From the IMG/VR virus record IMGVR_UViG_3300027704_001989: 55,821 bases of DNA, one strand, 5' to 3'. Source of the DNA: an uncultured virus (IMG/VR IMGVR_UViG_3300027704_001989). Taxonomy: Duplodnaviria; Heunggongvirae; Uroviricota; Caudoviricetes. This document shows positions 47,433 through 55,821 of this stretch, piece by piece (within the stretch, counting starts at the first letter, position 1; every line of letters begins with the position of its first letter). The notes beneath the pieces are model-generated. The model had not been told where the DNA came from, made no database searches, and worked only from the letters and a program-made list of their open reading frames with translations. A program made the translations under genes and the position numbers.

Positions 47433-49153
47433 TATACTAAACCCTCGCCTTCTGCTGGTGGTACTGTATTATCTACAGTAGTATTTATGTCTTCTCCGCC
47501 TAAAGTAGGGTCATCTAGGGCAGAAAGGTCTGGTTCTGCATCTAAATCAACCATTTCGTTTGGTTCCGGCCTAATACCTATGTTTTTAAGTGCAGCTGCT
47601 TTCTCATTATCTTGATACTTCTGATAATCATTCTCTTCACGCCACAGCTCTTCGTTTTGCTTCATTTCGTTGTCGCTTAAACCCATATACTTTTGTAATG
47701 CAAAACGCTTACTCATGAATGGTAAGTTACCAACCTGATTAAACATTTGAGCACGTTCTGTATTAAGTTGTAGTTCTCTGTAACTACTAAAGTTCATAGG
47801 CTTGTTAAACAGCATTCTAAAGCCACTGTTATCTATATCAATACCTTTGTACTTTAAGAACAGTTTAAATTCTCTGTCTAAGTCTTCTTGCACTTGCTTT
47901 TGTAGTCTTTCAACATACTTTGCAAATCTATATTCTTGAATATATGCAACACCTACTTTACCATCGTTGTAAGTAGCACTACCATCGTCTGGTCCTGTTG
48001 GCAAGTAACTAGCAGGAATACGCAAACCACGTAATAGTTTGTTATTAAAGTATCTAAGGTCGTCTATTTGTCCTAAGTTCTCACCACCTGGTAGTGTATC
48101 AACTTTAGAACCACGTCCGTCTGCTGTTTGTGCAAAGAAGTAATCTTCTAACATGCTCATTGGATTGTATGCACTGTCTGTTACACTGCTACCATCACCC
48201 TTGCTGTTAGGTACACGTTTTTGCTGTACTTCGTATTTTACACGTTCTAAGTACTGCTGTGCTTTGTGGGCTGGCATATTACCTACGTCAATAAAGAACA
48301 CACGTCTTTCAGGTGCTCTGTGTACACGATAAATGATAATACTGTCTTCTAGCAATTCTTTTTGCTTGAACACTTTGAAAATTGGTTCTAGTATGCTTAC
48401 GCCAAAGGGCCACGAATGATCCATGCCTTCGGTTAAACTTATGTGAACAACATGTTTAGCATCAACTGGTACGCCTTCGCCGGCTCCGTCAATTGATCCT
48501 GTTAGGTAATTGTTGCTTACTGTGTTAGTAGGACTCATTATGCCTGTTAAGCCTTGTCCACTACCATACGGCCTTGCATGTAGTCCGCTTGCGTTTGTGC
48601 CTACTTGTTCTGCAAAGTTTGCTTCTAGGTTTTTAATAAAGTATTGCTCTATCTTTTTGCCTTCACTTTCGTTAACGACAACCTTTTCGATGTTTGCAGG
48701 ATCAACCCAGTACAATTCATATGTTTCTGGATCTCTGATAAAGAACTGATCGCCATACTTACAAGTACTACGGAACATTCTAAATGCACGTTTGTGTAAC
48801 TTGTTAAGTCTAACCCAGCTATGTAATGTTTTATCTATGATTTTTGCTTCTGTGTCACTTGGTGGTGACAAGAAGTCAATAGTAAACGGTAAACCCGAGT
48901 ACTCGTTTTCTTGTGTGCCGAATTCTGCAATAGTATCTAGTGCGGCATTTACTTCTAGATCCGAATCCATTTGATCGTACTGTACATAACGCATAAGTCT
49001 GTTAGGACTTCCTGCATATACTTCTGGTAACCAACTATTAAATCTACTTGTTGCGGCTGCGCCGAACGAGCCGTCATTTTTATCCGCACCTGACTGAATG
49101 TTTAAAGGTAAACCCGAATTGTCAAAGGGTGTAAAATGTTTGCGCCAACTCAT
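47432..49153 (-). CDS. gp20: Portal protein
   Basis: LEDSIIIYRVHRAPERRVFFIDVGNMP, MLEDYF, TLPGGENLGQIDD; GATAAATA at 49184-49191. Confidence 0.97.
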   Translation of the reverse strand: MSWRKHFTPFDNSGLPLNIQSGADKNDGSFGAAATSRFNSWLPEVYAGSPNRLMRYVQYDQMDSDLEVNAALDTIAEFGTQENEYSGLPFTIDFLSPPSDTEAKIIDKTLHSWVRLNKLHKRAFRMFRSTCKYGDQFFIRDPETYELYWVDPANIEKVVVNESEGKKIEQYFIKNLEANFAEQVGTNASGLHARPYGSGQGLTGIMSPTNTVSNNYLTGSIDGAGEGVPVDAKHVVHISLTEGMDHSWPFGVSILEPIFKVFKQKELLEDSIIIYRVHRAPERRVFFIDVGNMPAHKAQQYLERVKYEVQQKRVPNSKGDGSSVTDSAYNPMSMLEDYFFAQTADGRGSKVDTLPGGENLGQIDDLRYFNNKLLRGLRIPASYLPTGPDDGSATYNDGKVGVAYIQEYRFAKYVERLQKQVQEDLDREFKLFLKYKGIDIDNSGFRMLFNKPMNFSSYRELQLNTERAQMFNQVGNLPFMSKRFALQKYMGLSDNEMKQNEELWREENDYQKYQDNEKAAALKNIGIRPEPNEMVDLDAEPDLSALDDPTLGGEDINTTVDNTVPPAEGEGLV

Positions 49154-49228
49154 ATTATATAATAGTCCTGTTATTGATAATACTATTTATCAACTATTTT
49201 AAAGTATAAAATTTAATATTGGCTAATG

Positions 49229-52200
49229 CTAGAATTCGTCGCTTAGATCACTAGTAATTCTGTTGCCTGATTTGAGTAGTTTGTTAGTTTGTTCTTGGTT
49301 CTTAACCATCCTTTCGAACAATTCCTTGTTTGATTCCGGTTTATTAGTAGATTCGCCTGCTTCGCCGAGTGTAGTTGCATCTGTTGCAGCTGCTGTTTTA
49401 GGCATTGTTACATTTGCTTGTGCTGGCTGAGTAGTCTTTGCTGCTACTGGGTTTACTAATTTTCCGCCTACGAATGTACCTTTAGTTTGACCTTCTGGCA
49501 GTTGATCTCGCTTTGCCTCCATAGCGGCTCGTCTTCTGGCATCTCTGCCAGCTATGGACCTGTCTACTTTTGGCTTAGCCGTTGCTGCCTCTTTGTCTAC
49601 TTTAGTTGCGTCAGCTACATCCATTTGTGCAAATTGAACATCAGAGTCTAATGACATTTGATCAGTTGAGTTTATACCATCCATAATGCCTTTAGCCTGC
49701 GCCGCTGTTGCTTTAGCTAGAGCTTCTTGTGCTTTTTCTAACGGCATTGATGCATCTGCAGAATAATCATTTAGTAATGTAGTTGAACCATCTGCCATCG
49801 CTTTATCATATATTCCTTCTTCAGGTGATTTAGAGTTCTCAACTAGTGGTTCTTCTTGTTCTTGTTGTACAGGACCAAATGACTTCATAGCAGCCATTTT
49901 CATTAAACTAACTAAACTAATCTCAGCCATTGATGCATTTAATGTGTCGATGCCTTCTGCCATTTTAGAAAACTCACCTGAGATAGCTGCACCATCTAGT
50001 TGTGCCATTGCGTCATTAAATGTTCCTACAGTGGTACCAAACGAATTCATGTTTGATGTCATCTCATTAATTGCTGGTGCTGCCGCTCCTATTTTAGCAA
50101 GTTTATCAAATGGTGATTCAGAGCCAAACAAACTGCCCAGTCCGTCTAGTATGCCGCTTACTAACCCACCTGCACTAAATGCTGCCATACCGGCTGCTAG
50201 TGATACTAGTGCTGGACCTAACAATAATACATTTTTAGGATCTACTTCATTGAGCAATTTAAAACTGCCCATTAGGTCAACCATTGCTGGTGCTGCTAAA
50301 CTCACAGCAAAAGCAAACGGAACAAGTGCTAAGCCTAATGCACCAATTGCTACTGCACCTGTGATCAATAATGGAGATATCGGAGCTAGTAATGCGGCTG
50401 CAATACCTAATGCACCTAATGCTAACATACCCATGCCAACGCCTGCCCAATTAATATCTGCAAACTGCTGGAATGCTTTACCTGCAATAAACATTGCACC
50501 ACCTAGTGCCGCTAGTACTACTGTGCCTAGTAATGCTTTAGGATTACCTAATGCTGATAGTCCTTTACCTAAACCTGTTAATGCTCCGCGGACCATATCA
50601 CCTAAGCCTTTGCCTAGTGATGCTCCTGCTTTACCCACTGACTTAGCAAGATTAGTAATTACACTACCTATACCTTTTGATAGGTTGTTTAGCATAGAGC
50701 TGATGCCTTTGCTGATGTCTTTCATGCCGCCGGCTAATGATTTTGTAAAACTTTTAGATTTTGTTTTAGCGGCATCCATTGCTTTGCCGCCAACATCCAT
50801 TTCTTTTGCTTTGCCTGCAATCTTATCTTTTGCACTACCAAATACTTTATCTAGTTTGCCACCTGTTGCTTTGTTTAATTTGCCAGCCAGACCGCCCATC
50901 ATGTTCTTGGCGCCTGACATCATAGACTTACCCATGTTAGCAAACATTGCTGGCATTGATTTACCAAACAAACCTAGCACACCGCTTACTGCTTTAAATC
51001 CAAGTACTACTAATCCTGTAAGACCTGCTAGTTTACCAAGTGTTGCTAGGAAGCCTTTGGTTTCGCCCTCAACATCAGTAAATATACTTTTTACTGCATC
51101 AATAGGCGAGAAGAGTGCATTGAAGGCATTAGTTGCTATAGTAATAGCACCGGACACTACTTTCATAACTACACCTAGTACGCTGCCAACTGTCTTCATA
51201 ACATTTATGAAACTTTTAATACCTTCCCAAATACCTGGTAACGCTTCTATAGCCATGCCTACATATTTTGCAAACGTTTCTAGCATGCCGGGCAATTTTT
51301 TACCTAACTGTTTGCCTAAACTAATTCCAGCGCCGGACATTTCGTCAAATACACCGCCAGCTAGTCCAAACCCTTCCATGGCTTTACCGATAGAGTCCAT
51401 AACGATCTTTTTCATTTTTTCGAAAGTATCGCTTAAACCTTTGCCGCCATCGGTGATATTGCCAAATCCTTGCAAGAAGCCAGTTTTTATACCTTCAAAC
51501 GAACCAGTGATCTGCTTCATTATTTTAGATAATGTGTTCGTTCCTTTTTGCACACCTTCCATAGATAAGTCTGGACCTAGGTCTTTTAACTTTTTAGCAG
51601 ATGCTTCAAACTGTGTAATAGCCTTTGCCATACTAGCAGCCTGTGCATTGCCAGCTCTGTCTAGCAAGAATATTCTATCTTTTTCTGCTTTACTGAGATT
51701 ACCTAATTGAGACGTCATGTCTAACGCCATTTGCTCAGCGTCTTCTTGACTTAGTGTACCATTCTTGATTGCATCAATATAATTATTCATTGGGCCTTGC
51801 AAACTAGGCAATGCAGTAACATACCCTACCATCGAATCACTGAAGCCCATTTGGCCACTTGCAGCAGCCTCTGTCATTGCAGCAGCAATGTCGCCACCTG
51901 CTTCGCCACCCATAGCTCTCATTGTACCGGCAAAGTCTGTTATACCTGATATAACTTTACCTCTTAATTCTTTATCAAATCGTAATAAACTAGAAGTAAG
52001 CACTGGTGTTTGTTGTATTAAACTGTCTGTGAATGCAACAATGTTATCAACACTCTCACCAAGCACACTTGCATATTTTTGTTGTGTCTTAATAGTTCTA
52101 GTAATCTGTGCATTCATTCTGGCTTGGTTCATGCCGTCAGCGACACCCATTGCCTGTCTTTTTGCTAACTCGGCACCCATACGCTCAACACTGTCGTCTA

Positions 52201-52921
52201 AGCTCATGCCTAAATCTACACCGCTGTTTGTTGCGTCCATGAATGATTGTGTAAAGTCTGTAAACGTTTTCTTGCTCATTGTTTGAACAACACCGCTCAA
52301 GTTCTTTAATGTGCTTGCAGCATCAATACCCATGCTACTCAATGACATCATAGCACTTGTAGCACTCATGCCACCTTGGCCTACACCGTCAGTGAATCCT
52401 ACACCAACTTTTGTCATCTCGTTTAGTTCATTGCCGAGGCCTACAAAACTGTCTACTAATATTCCACCGTAAACTGCTATTGCTGTTGCTGCACCTTTGA
52501 TTAATCCAGCTGTTATGCCGTAAATGCCTGCAAAGACTTTTTCACCCGTTGCTGCACCTTTGTTAAATCCGTCTAACGAAGCTGCGGCTGCATCTGCAGC
52601 TTTACCAACTTTACCAGGAGTGTCGCCTCCTGTGTTGCCTGCAATTGATGGTAACTTTCCTGGACCTGATTTCTTATTAGACTTTTCAATTTCATCGCCT
52701 AAGTCTTTTGTTTCATTTAGTAATTTTTCTTGAAATTTCTTTGTTGATTTATTAAAGGCGTCTGCATCTTTAGCATTTTCTTTTGCGTGTTCGACTAGTT
52801 TCTCAAAGTTTTTATCGCCATTGAGCATTTTTAGCTGAGCCAGCATCATTTGTGCTGTGCTTTCTAGTGCAAAGTCAGCAATTATCGCTTCTTCGTTGTT
52901 CGGCAGTTGTACCCTTGACAT
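49229..52921 (-). CDS. Tape measure / baseplate hub protein
   Basis: 1230 aa, A/G/M-rich helical, with hydrophobic segments; GATAAATA at 52945-52952. Confidence 0.85.
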   Translation of the reverse strand: MSRVQLPNNEEAIIADFALESTAQMMLAQLKMLNGDKNFEKLVEHAKENAKDADAFNKSTKKFQEKLLNETKDLGDEIEKSNKKSGPGKLPSIAGNTGGDTPGKVGKAADAAAASLDGFNKGAATGEKVFAGIYGITAGLIKGAATAIAVYGGILVDSFVGLGNELNEMTKVGVGFTDGVGQGGMSATSAMMSLSSMGIDAASTLKNLSGVVQTMSKKTFTDFTQSFMDATNSGVDLGMSLDDSVERMGAELAKRQAMGVADGMNQARMNAQITRTIKTQQKYASVLGESVDNIVAFTDSLIQQTPVLTSSLLRFDKELRGKVISGITDFAGTMRAMGGEAGGDIAAAMTEAAASGQMGFSDSMVGYVTALPSLQGPMNNYIDAIKNGTLSQEDAEQMALDMTSQLGNLSKAEKDRIFLLDRAGNAQAASMAKAITQFEASAKKLKDLGPDLSMEGVQKGTNTLSKIMKQITGSFEGIKTGFLQGFGNITDGGKGLSDTFEKMKKIVMDSIGKAMEGFGLAGGVFDEMSGAGISLGKQLGKKLPGMLETFAKYVGMAIEALPGIWEGIKSFINVMKTVGSVLGVVMKVVSGAITIATNAFNALFSPIDAVKSIFTDVEGETKGFLATLGKLAGLTGLVVLGFKAVSGVLGLFGKSMPAMFANMGKSMMSGAKNMMGGLAGKLNKATGGKLDKVFGSAKDKIAGKAKEMDVGGKAMDAAKTKSKSFTKSLAGGMKDISKGISSMLNNLSKGIGSVITNLAKSVGKAGASLGKGLGDMVRGALTGLGKGLSALGNPKALLGTVVLAALGGAMFIAGKAFQQFADINWAGVGMGMLALGALGIAAALLAPISPLLITGAVAIGALGLALVPFAFAVSLAAPAMVDLMGSFKLLNEVDPKNVLLLGPALVSLAAGMAAFSAGGLVSGILDGLGSLFGSESPFDKLAKIGAAAPAINEMTSNMNSFGTTVGTFNDAMAQLDGAAISGEFSKMAEGIDTLNASMAEISLVSLMKMAAMKSFGPVQQEQEEPLVENSKSPEEGIYDKAMADGSTTLLNDYSADASMPLEKAQEALAKATAAQAKGIMDGINSTDQMSLDSDVQFAQMDVADATKVDKEAATAKPKVDRSIAGRDARRRAAMEAKRDQLPEGQTKGTFVGGKLVNPVAAKTTQPAQANVTMPKTAAATDATTLGEAGESTNKPESNKELFERMVKNQEQTNKLLKSGNRITSDLSDEF

Positions 52922-52958
52922 TCAGTATCCTCTCTTACTGCATGTATTTATCTGAATT

Positions 52959-52977
52959 ATAAACTCGAGTTTTAATT
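52959..52977. repeat. 19-bp element ATAAACTCGAGTTTTAATT, copy 2
   Basis: Identical to 14447-14465. Confidence 0.85.
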
Positions 52978-53508
52978 AAGGAGTTTTGCAATATACGGAA
53001 TGAAGAACTCTAGTGACTCAGATTCATACGAATCGTCAAAACTTTGACTATCATACAGTCTGCAGAACCGCTCAGTGTGTTCGTAGTGGGGACTATCTTT
53101 GAACTGATCACGTATATCACGTGATTTGCCTATCTGGTGATAGTAGTAGTATCCTTGGAAATCAGTGTGATGCACTAATAAAAAATAGTTTTCTTCGCTG
53201 ATATATTGTTTTAACATAGCACCTATAACTTCGCCATGGTTATCAGGGCTAAGTGTATCGCCTATATCGTGTAATAATGCAACTGCAATATATTCGTCGT
53301 CTTCGCCGGCCCGATATGCTCTTGTTGCTGTTTGTAAGCAATGTTCGTATCTACAAACAGGAAAGCCGCCAAAATCGCCTTCTAATAACTTTAATTGTTC
53401 TACGAATTTATTAACAAGTTTCTTTTTGTCCTTTTTATAGACCTTAGCAATTAACTGCCAGTCTCTGGCTGTACTTTCTTCAAAGTTTTTAAAGTTTGTT
53501 AATTTCAA
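52972..53508 (-). CDS. HD-domain metalloenzyme (PhnZ-like ligand set)
   Basis: EHCLQTA, ALLHDIGD, NH, HH and late D residues. Confidence 0.85.
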   Translation of the reverse strand: MKLTNFKNFEESTARDWQLIAKVYKKDKKKLVNKFVEQLKLLEGDFGGFPVCRYEHCLQTATRAYRAGEDDEYIAVALLHDIGDTLSPDNHGEVIGAMLKQYISEENYFLLVHHTDFQGYYYYHQIGKSRDIRDQFKDSPHYEHTERFCRLYDSQSFDDSYESESLEFFIPYIAKLLN

Positions 53509-54074
53509 TCTACTAGCCCGTTATTTTTTAAATAATCATATAACATATCATATGATAACGTATCTTTGCCTTCTACAAACTGTATAGAAAATAGTGTACG
53601 TTGCTCAGAGAAGTTTGTAATAGTGTGAGGTTTTTGTGTATTAAACAAATACATCTCACCGGGCTTGTAGTCTAATTCTATAAATTGTGTATCATCTACA
53701 AATAAACAATGACTATCAGTACCTGCTATTAGCATGTTTATTGCTACGCCTCTTCTCCAATCAGTGTGTAACCTATAATAAAAGTTTGGACAAAAATTGT
53801 TTATTGCAATATTATTGATAGGGAATTTTTTGTGTAACTTTTTTAAAAAATTGTTACTAGCAAGAGTATAATTTAATTCAGGATGCCACATATCAAATGT
53901 TCTGAACGATTTATCAAACTCCTTATCGGGCGTATCTGCTACATCTACTATTGTTTCTGAATCTGTTCTGTATGTATGGATCAAGTCAGGAAATTGTGTC
54001 ATCCATTTATTACAACTATCCATAAGATTAGTAGCATCTACTTTTATTTTAGCAAAGTAATCTTCTTGTTTCAT
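53505..54074 (-). CDS. 2OG-Fe(II) oxygenase / cupin-fold protein
   Basis: HxD (LHTD), distal His (FNTQKPHTITN) and Arg; GGTAAATA 5 nt before ATG (54080-54087). Confidence 0.75.
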   Translation of the reverse strand: MKQEDYFAKIKVDATNLMDSCNKWMTQFPDLIHTYRTDSETIVDVADTPDKEFDKSFRTFDMWHPELNYTLASNNFLKKLHKKFPINNIAINNFCPNFYYRLHTDWRRGVAINMLIAGTDSHCLFVDDTQFIELDYKPGEMYLFNTQKPHTITNFSEQRTLFSIQFVEGKDTLSYDMLYDYLKNNGLVD

Positions 54075-54181
54075 ACTGATATTTACCGGATATTTATAAC
54101 CCTACTTAATAATACCGATAAATATGTAGTTAAAGAAGTAATAGTACATAATGTGCTAGTACAAATTTAGGATATAAGAAC

Positions 54182-55051
54182 ATGACAAACAAACACAATC
54201 CATTAAGTTCGCATTTTAGAGCTCCAAAGATGTTTGCACCTATTCCCAGTGCTGGTAAGTTTTATCAATCAGACACAGTAGAGATGCCAGATACACTCGA
54301 GCTTCCTGTTTTTGCTATGACAGCAAAAGACGAAATGATTATGAAAAACCCTGATGCGTTATTAAACGGCGAAGCTGTAGCACAGGTCATTCATAGTTGC
54401 GTACCTAATATAAAAAATGCCAGAGCAATGTTAAGCAGTGATATCGATGTATTACTAGTTGCAATACAAGGTGCTACTTACGGTGACGAAGTTGAAGTAA
54501 GTGCTCCGTGTCCAAAATGCAAGGAAGACCAAAAAGGTGTTGCTAGTGTTGAAGACGCAATTAGCACCATGGGCGTACTAGAAGAAACATACACTGTAGA
54601 ACACGAAGGATTAGAAATTGCAGTTCGTCCGTTCACTTATGCTAGTACAATTAGAGCAGGTATTACTAATTTCCAAAGCACTAGAAGTTTACAAGCATTA
54701 GCTGAAGTAGCAGACGAAATGGAAAGACTAAGTCTGTTTAATAATAACTTTAAACAAATTGCAGAACTAAACTTTAGTTTAATCGTAGACAGTATTTCTA
54801 GTATTAGTTATATTGACGAAGACGGTGAAAAGCAAGCAGTTACTGACAGAAAGCACATCACAGAGTTCCTGGATAATGCAGAAGGTGCAGTAGGTAAAAA
54901 AATTGAAGAGCAGATCACTAAGTTGAATAATGTAGGTATCAATCATGAGATGAAACTACAGTGTGAGAAATGCACAGATGATGACGGTGAACCAGTAGTG
55001 TTCGAAAGCCGCGTTAACTTTGATCCTGTAAATTTTTTCACAGCTTCCTAG
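54182..55051 (+). CDS. gp26: Baseplate hub assembly / tail assembly chaperone (gp26-like)
   Basis: MTAKDE, DIDVLLVAI..ATYG, CPKC and CEKC, terminal NFF; GATAAATA at 54117-54124. Confidence 0.8.
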   Translation: MTNKHNPLSSHFRAPKMFAPIPSAGKFYQSDTVEMPDTLELPVFAMTAKDEMIMKNPDALLNGEAVAQVIHSCVPNIKNARAMLSSDIDVLLVAIQGATYGDEVEVSAPCPKCKEDQKGVASVEDAISTMGVLEETYTVEHEGLEIAVRPFTYASTIRAGITNFQSTRSLQALAEVADEMERLSLFNNNFKQIAELNFSLIVDSISSISYIDEDGEKQAVTDRKHITEFLDNAEGAVGKKIEEQITKLNNVGINHEMKLQCEKCTDDDGEPVVFESRVNFDPVNFFTAS

Positions 55052-55275
55052 CAACTTCCGAATCCTCGGACATAGTGGCGTACCTAGGTAAGCTCAAAGA
55101 CGATCAAACTGCCCTAAACAAAAATATTGCTGAATTAGTAATATACAGCGAAGGTGCAGTTTCATGGTCAGAAGCATGGCATATTCCTCCTATGGACAGA
55201 GACCTGTTAATTAAAACACTCAATAAGTATAATCAAGCCAAGTCAGGCGACGCAGGCAACAACGAACTACTATAG
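55033..55275 (+). CDS. gp51-like small ORF, probably the -1 frameshift extension of gp26
   Basis: T_TTT_TTC at 55033-55039; -1 frame open 55024-55275; VSWSEAWHIPPMDR resembles chaperone extensions. Confidence 0.7.
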   Translation, partial: FFHSFLATSESSDIVAYLGKLKDDQTALNKNIAELVIYSEGAVSWSEAWHIPPMDRDLLIKTLNKYNQAKSGDAGNNELL

Positions 55276-55401
55276 ATTTGTAAATGCTTCGTCAAAGCAT
55301 TTAAATGCTTCGTGTCCTTCGAAATACATCTGTATCATTACATACATTGCTGTATTAATAAAGACAAGAATTCCAAACATTATGCACCCTTGCATAATCA
55401 T
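55270..55401 (-). CDS. Small membrane protein (43 aa)
   Basis: MIMQGCIMFGILVFINTAMYVMIQMYFEGHEAFKCFDEAFTNL; ATGA overlap with the upstream ORF. Confidence 0.6.
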   Translation of the reverse strand: MIMQGCIMFGILVFINTAMYVMIQMYFEGHEAFKCFDEAFTNL

Positions 55402-55574
55402 TTTCTAAAAAGTGTTTCTGCTCTACAAACGTCCGCACTCCTACAGTTTCTAATATTTTGCTCCCATACTACTTGTTCAGGCATCCAATCGAACTTATGT
55501 GGTCCATTGTAGCCTGCAGTTGACGGCTCAGTTATAACAATAATACTAATTACTAGCAATATTAATATTTGCAT
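55398..55574 (-). CDS. Small exported protein (58 aa)
   Basis: MQILILLVISIIVITEPSTAGYNGPHKFDWMPEQVVWEQNIRNCRSADVCRAETLFRK; RBS GAGGA. Confidence 0.65.
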   Translation of the reverse strand: MQILILLVISIIVITEPSTAGYNGPHKFDWMPEQVVWEQNIRNCRSADVCRAETLFRK

Positions 55575-55821
55575 CTCTTTCCTCTTTTAGTTTGTTGTAT
55601 CCTTCATCATCTAGATGTGTAATAGCTAACCAAGCATGTGTCATTTCATCGCCTGTTCTACTGCCTCCCATTACCCACATATCAGCATCTGGATTATTTG
55701 GATTGTTTTCTGTATTATCATACCATTGCTTTAGCACAATAACTGCGCCAGCTGGTATAAGCGGTGCTACGTCTGGATTGTACAAATGACTGTGATGCCA
55801 TGTTGCACTCCAGTTTGATAC
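55546..55821 (-). CDS. C-terminal part of a copper type II monooxygenase-like protein (5' end outside the window)
   Basis: Frame open to the window edge: VSNWSATWHHSHLY..YDNTENNPNNPD..GDEM; DEM carries the CuM-type Met. Confidence 0.7.
   Translation of the reverse strand, partial: VSNWSATWHHSHLYNPDVAPLIPAGAVIVLKQWYDNTENNPNNPDADMWVMGGSRTGDEMTHAWLAITHLDDEGYNKLKEERDANINIASN

Noticed and set aside
49944..51710. 588-aa plus-strand ORF and other long antisense ORFs (1736..2389, 46374..47120, 7318..7881)
   Set aside because: They shadow well-supported minus-strand genes, have no motifs or RBS, and follow from codon bias.
55282..55313. Palindrome AAGCATTTAAATGCTT with direct repeat AAATGCTTCGT
   Set aside because: Lies in a small ORF (EAFK/EAFT) at a convergent junction; single occurrence, at most a weak terminator.
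1..55821. Alternative genetic code (stop-codon reassignment)
   Set aside because: Core genes are full length in code 11 and end in TAA, TAG and TGA.

Overview
This 55.8 kb window is from a large, AT-rich, T4-like (myovirus) phage, probably aquatic and infecting a Gram-negative host that uses TonB. It holds the recombination genes (uvsX, uvsY, gp32), terminase, and neck, tail and head genes (gp13/14/15/18/19/20/21/22/23, tape measure, gp26-like). It also holds three fibre-type proteins, a lysozyme, a dNMP kinase and a NUDIX hydrolase. Interspersed are many envelope and metal-related accessory genes: a BtuB-like TonB-dependent receptor (missed by the ORF track, runs off the window), a TorF-like porin, a fatty-acid desaturase, a ferritin-like protein, a 2OG-Fe(II)/HD oxygenase pair and a copper-monooxygenase-like fragment. 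The most striking region (24.8-33.3 kb) is a curli-type secretion cassette (CsgF, CsgG, two curlin-repeat proteins, FecR) beside a CHASE2 adenylate cyclase and a lipoprotein gene with a textbook -1 frameshift signal. A second probable -1 frameshift joins the gp26-like gene to its downstream ORF. Probable late promoters read GATAAATA (17 exact copies upstream of genes); several sit 5-6 nt before an ATG, implying leaderless mRNAs. All protein calls come from motif recognition by eye; no database searches were run.
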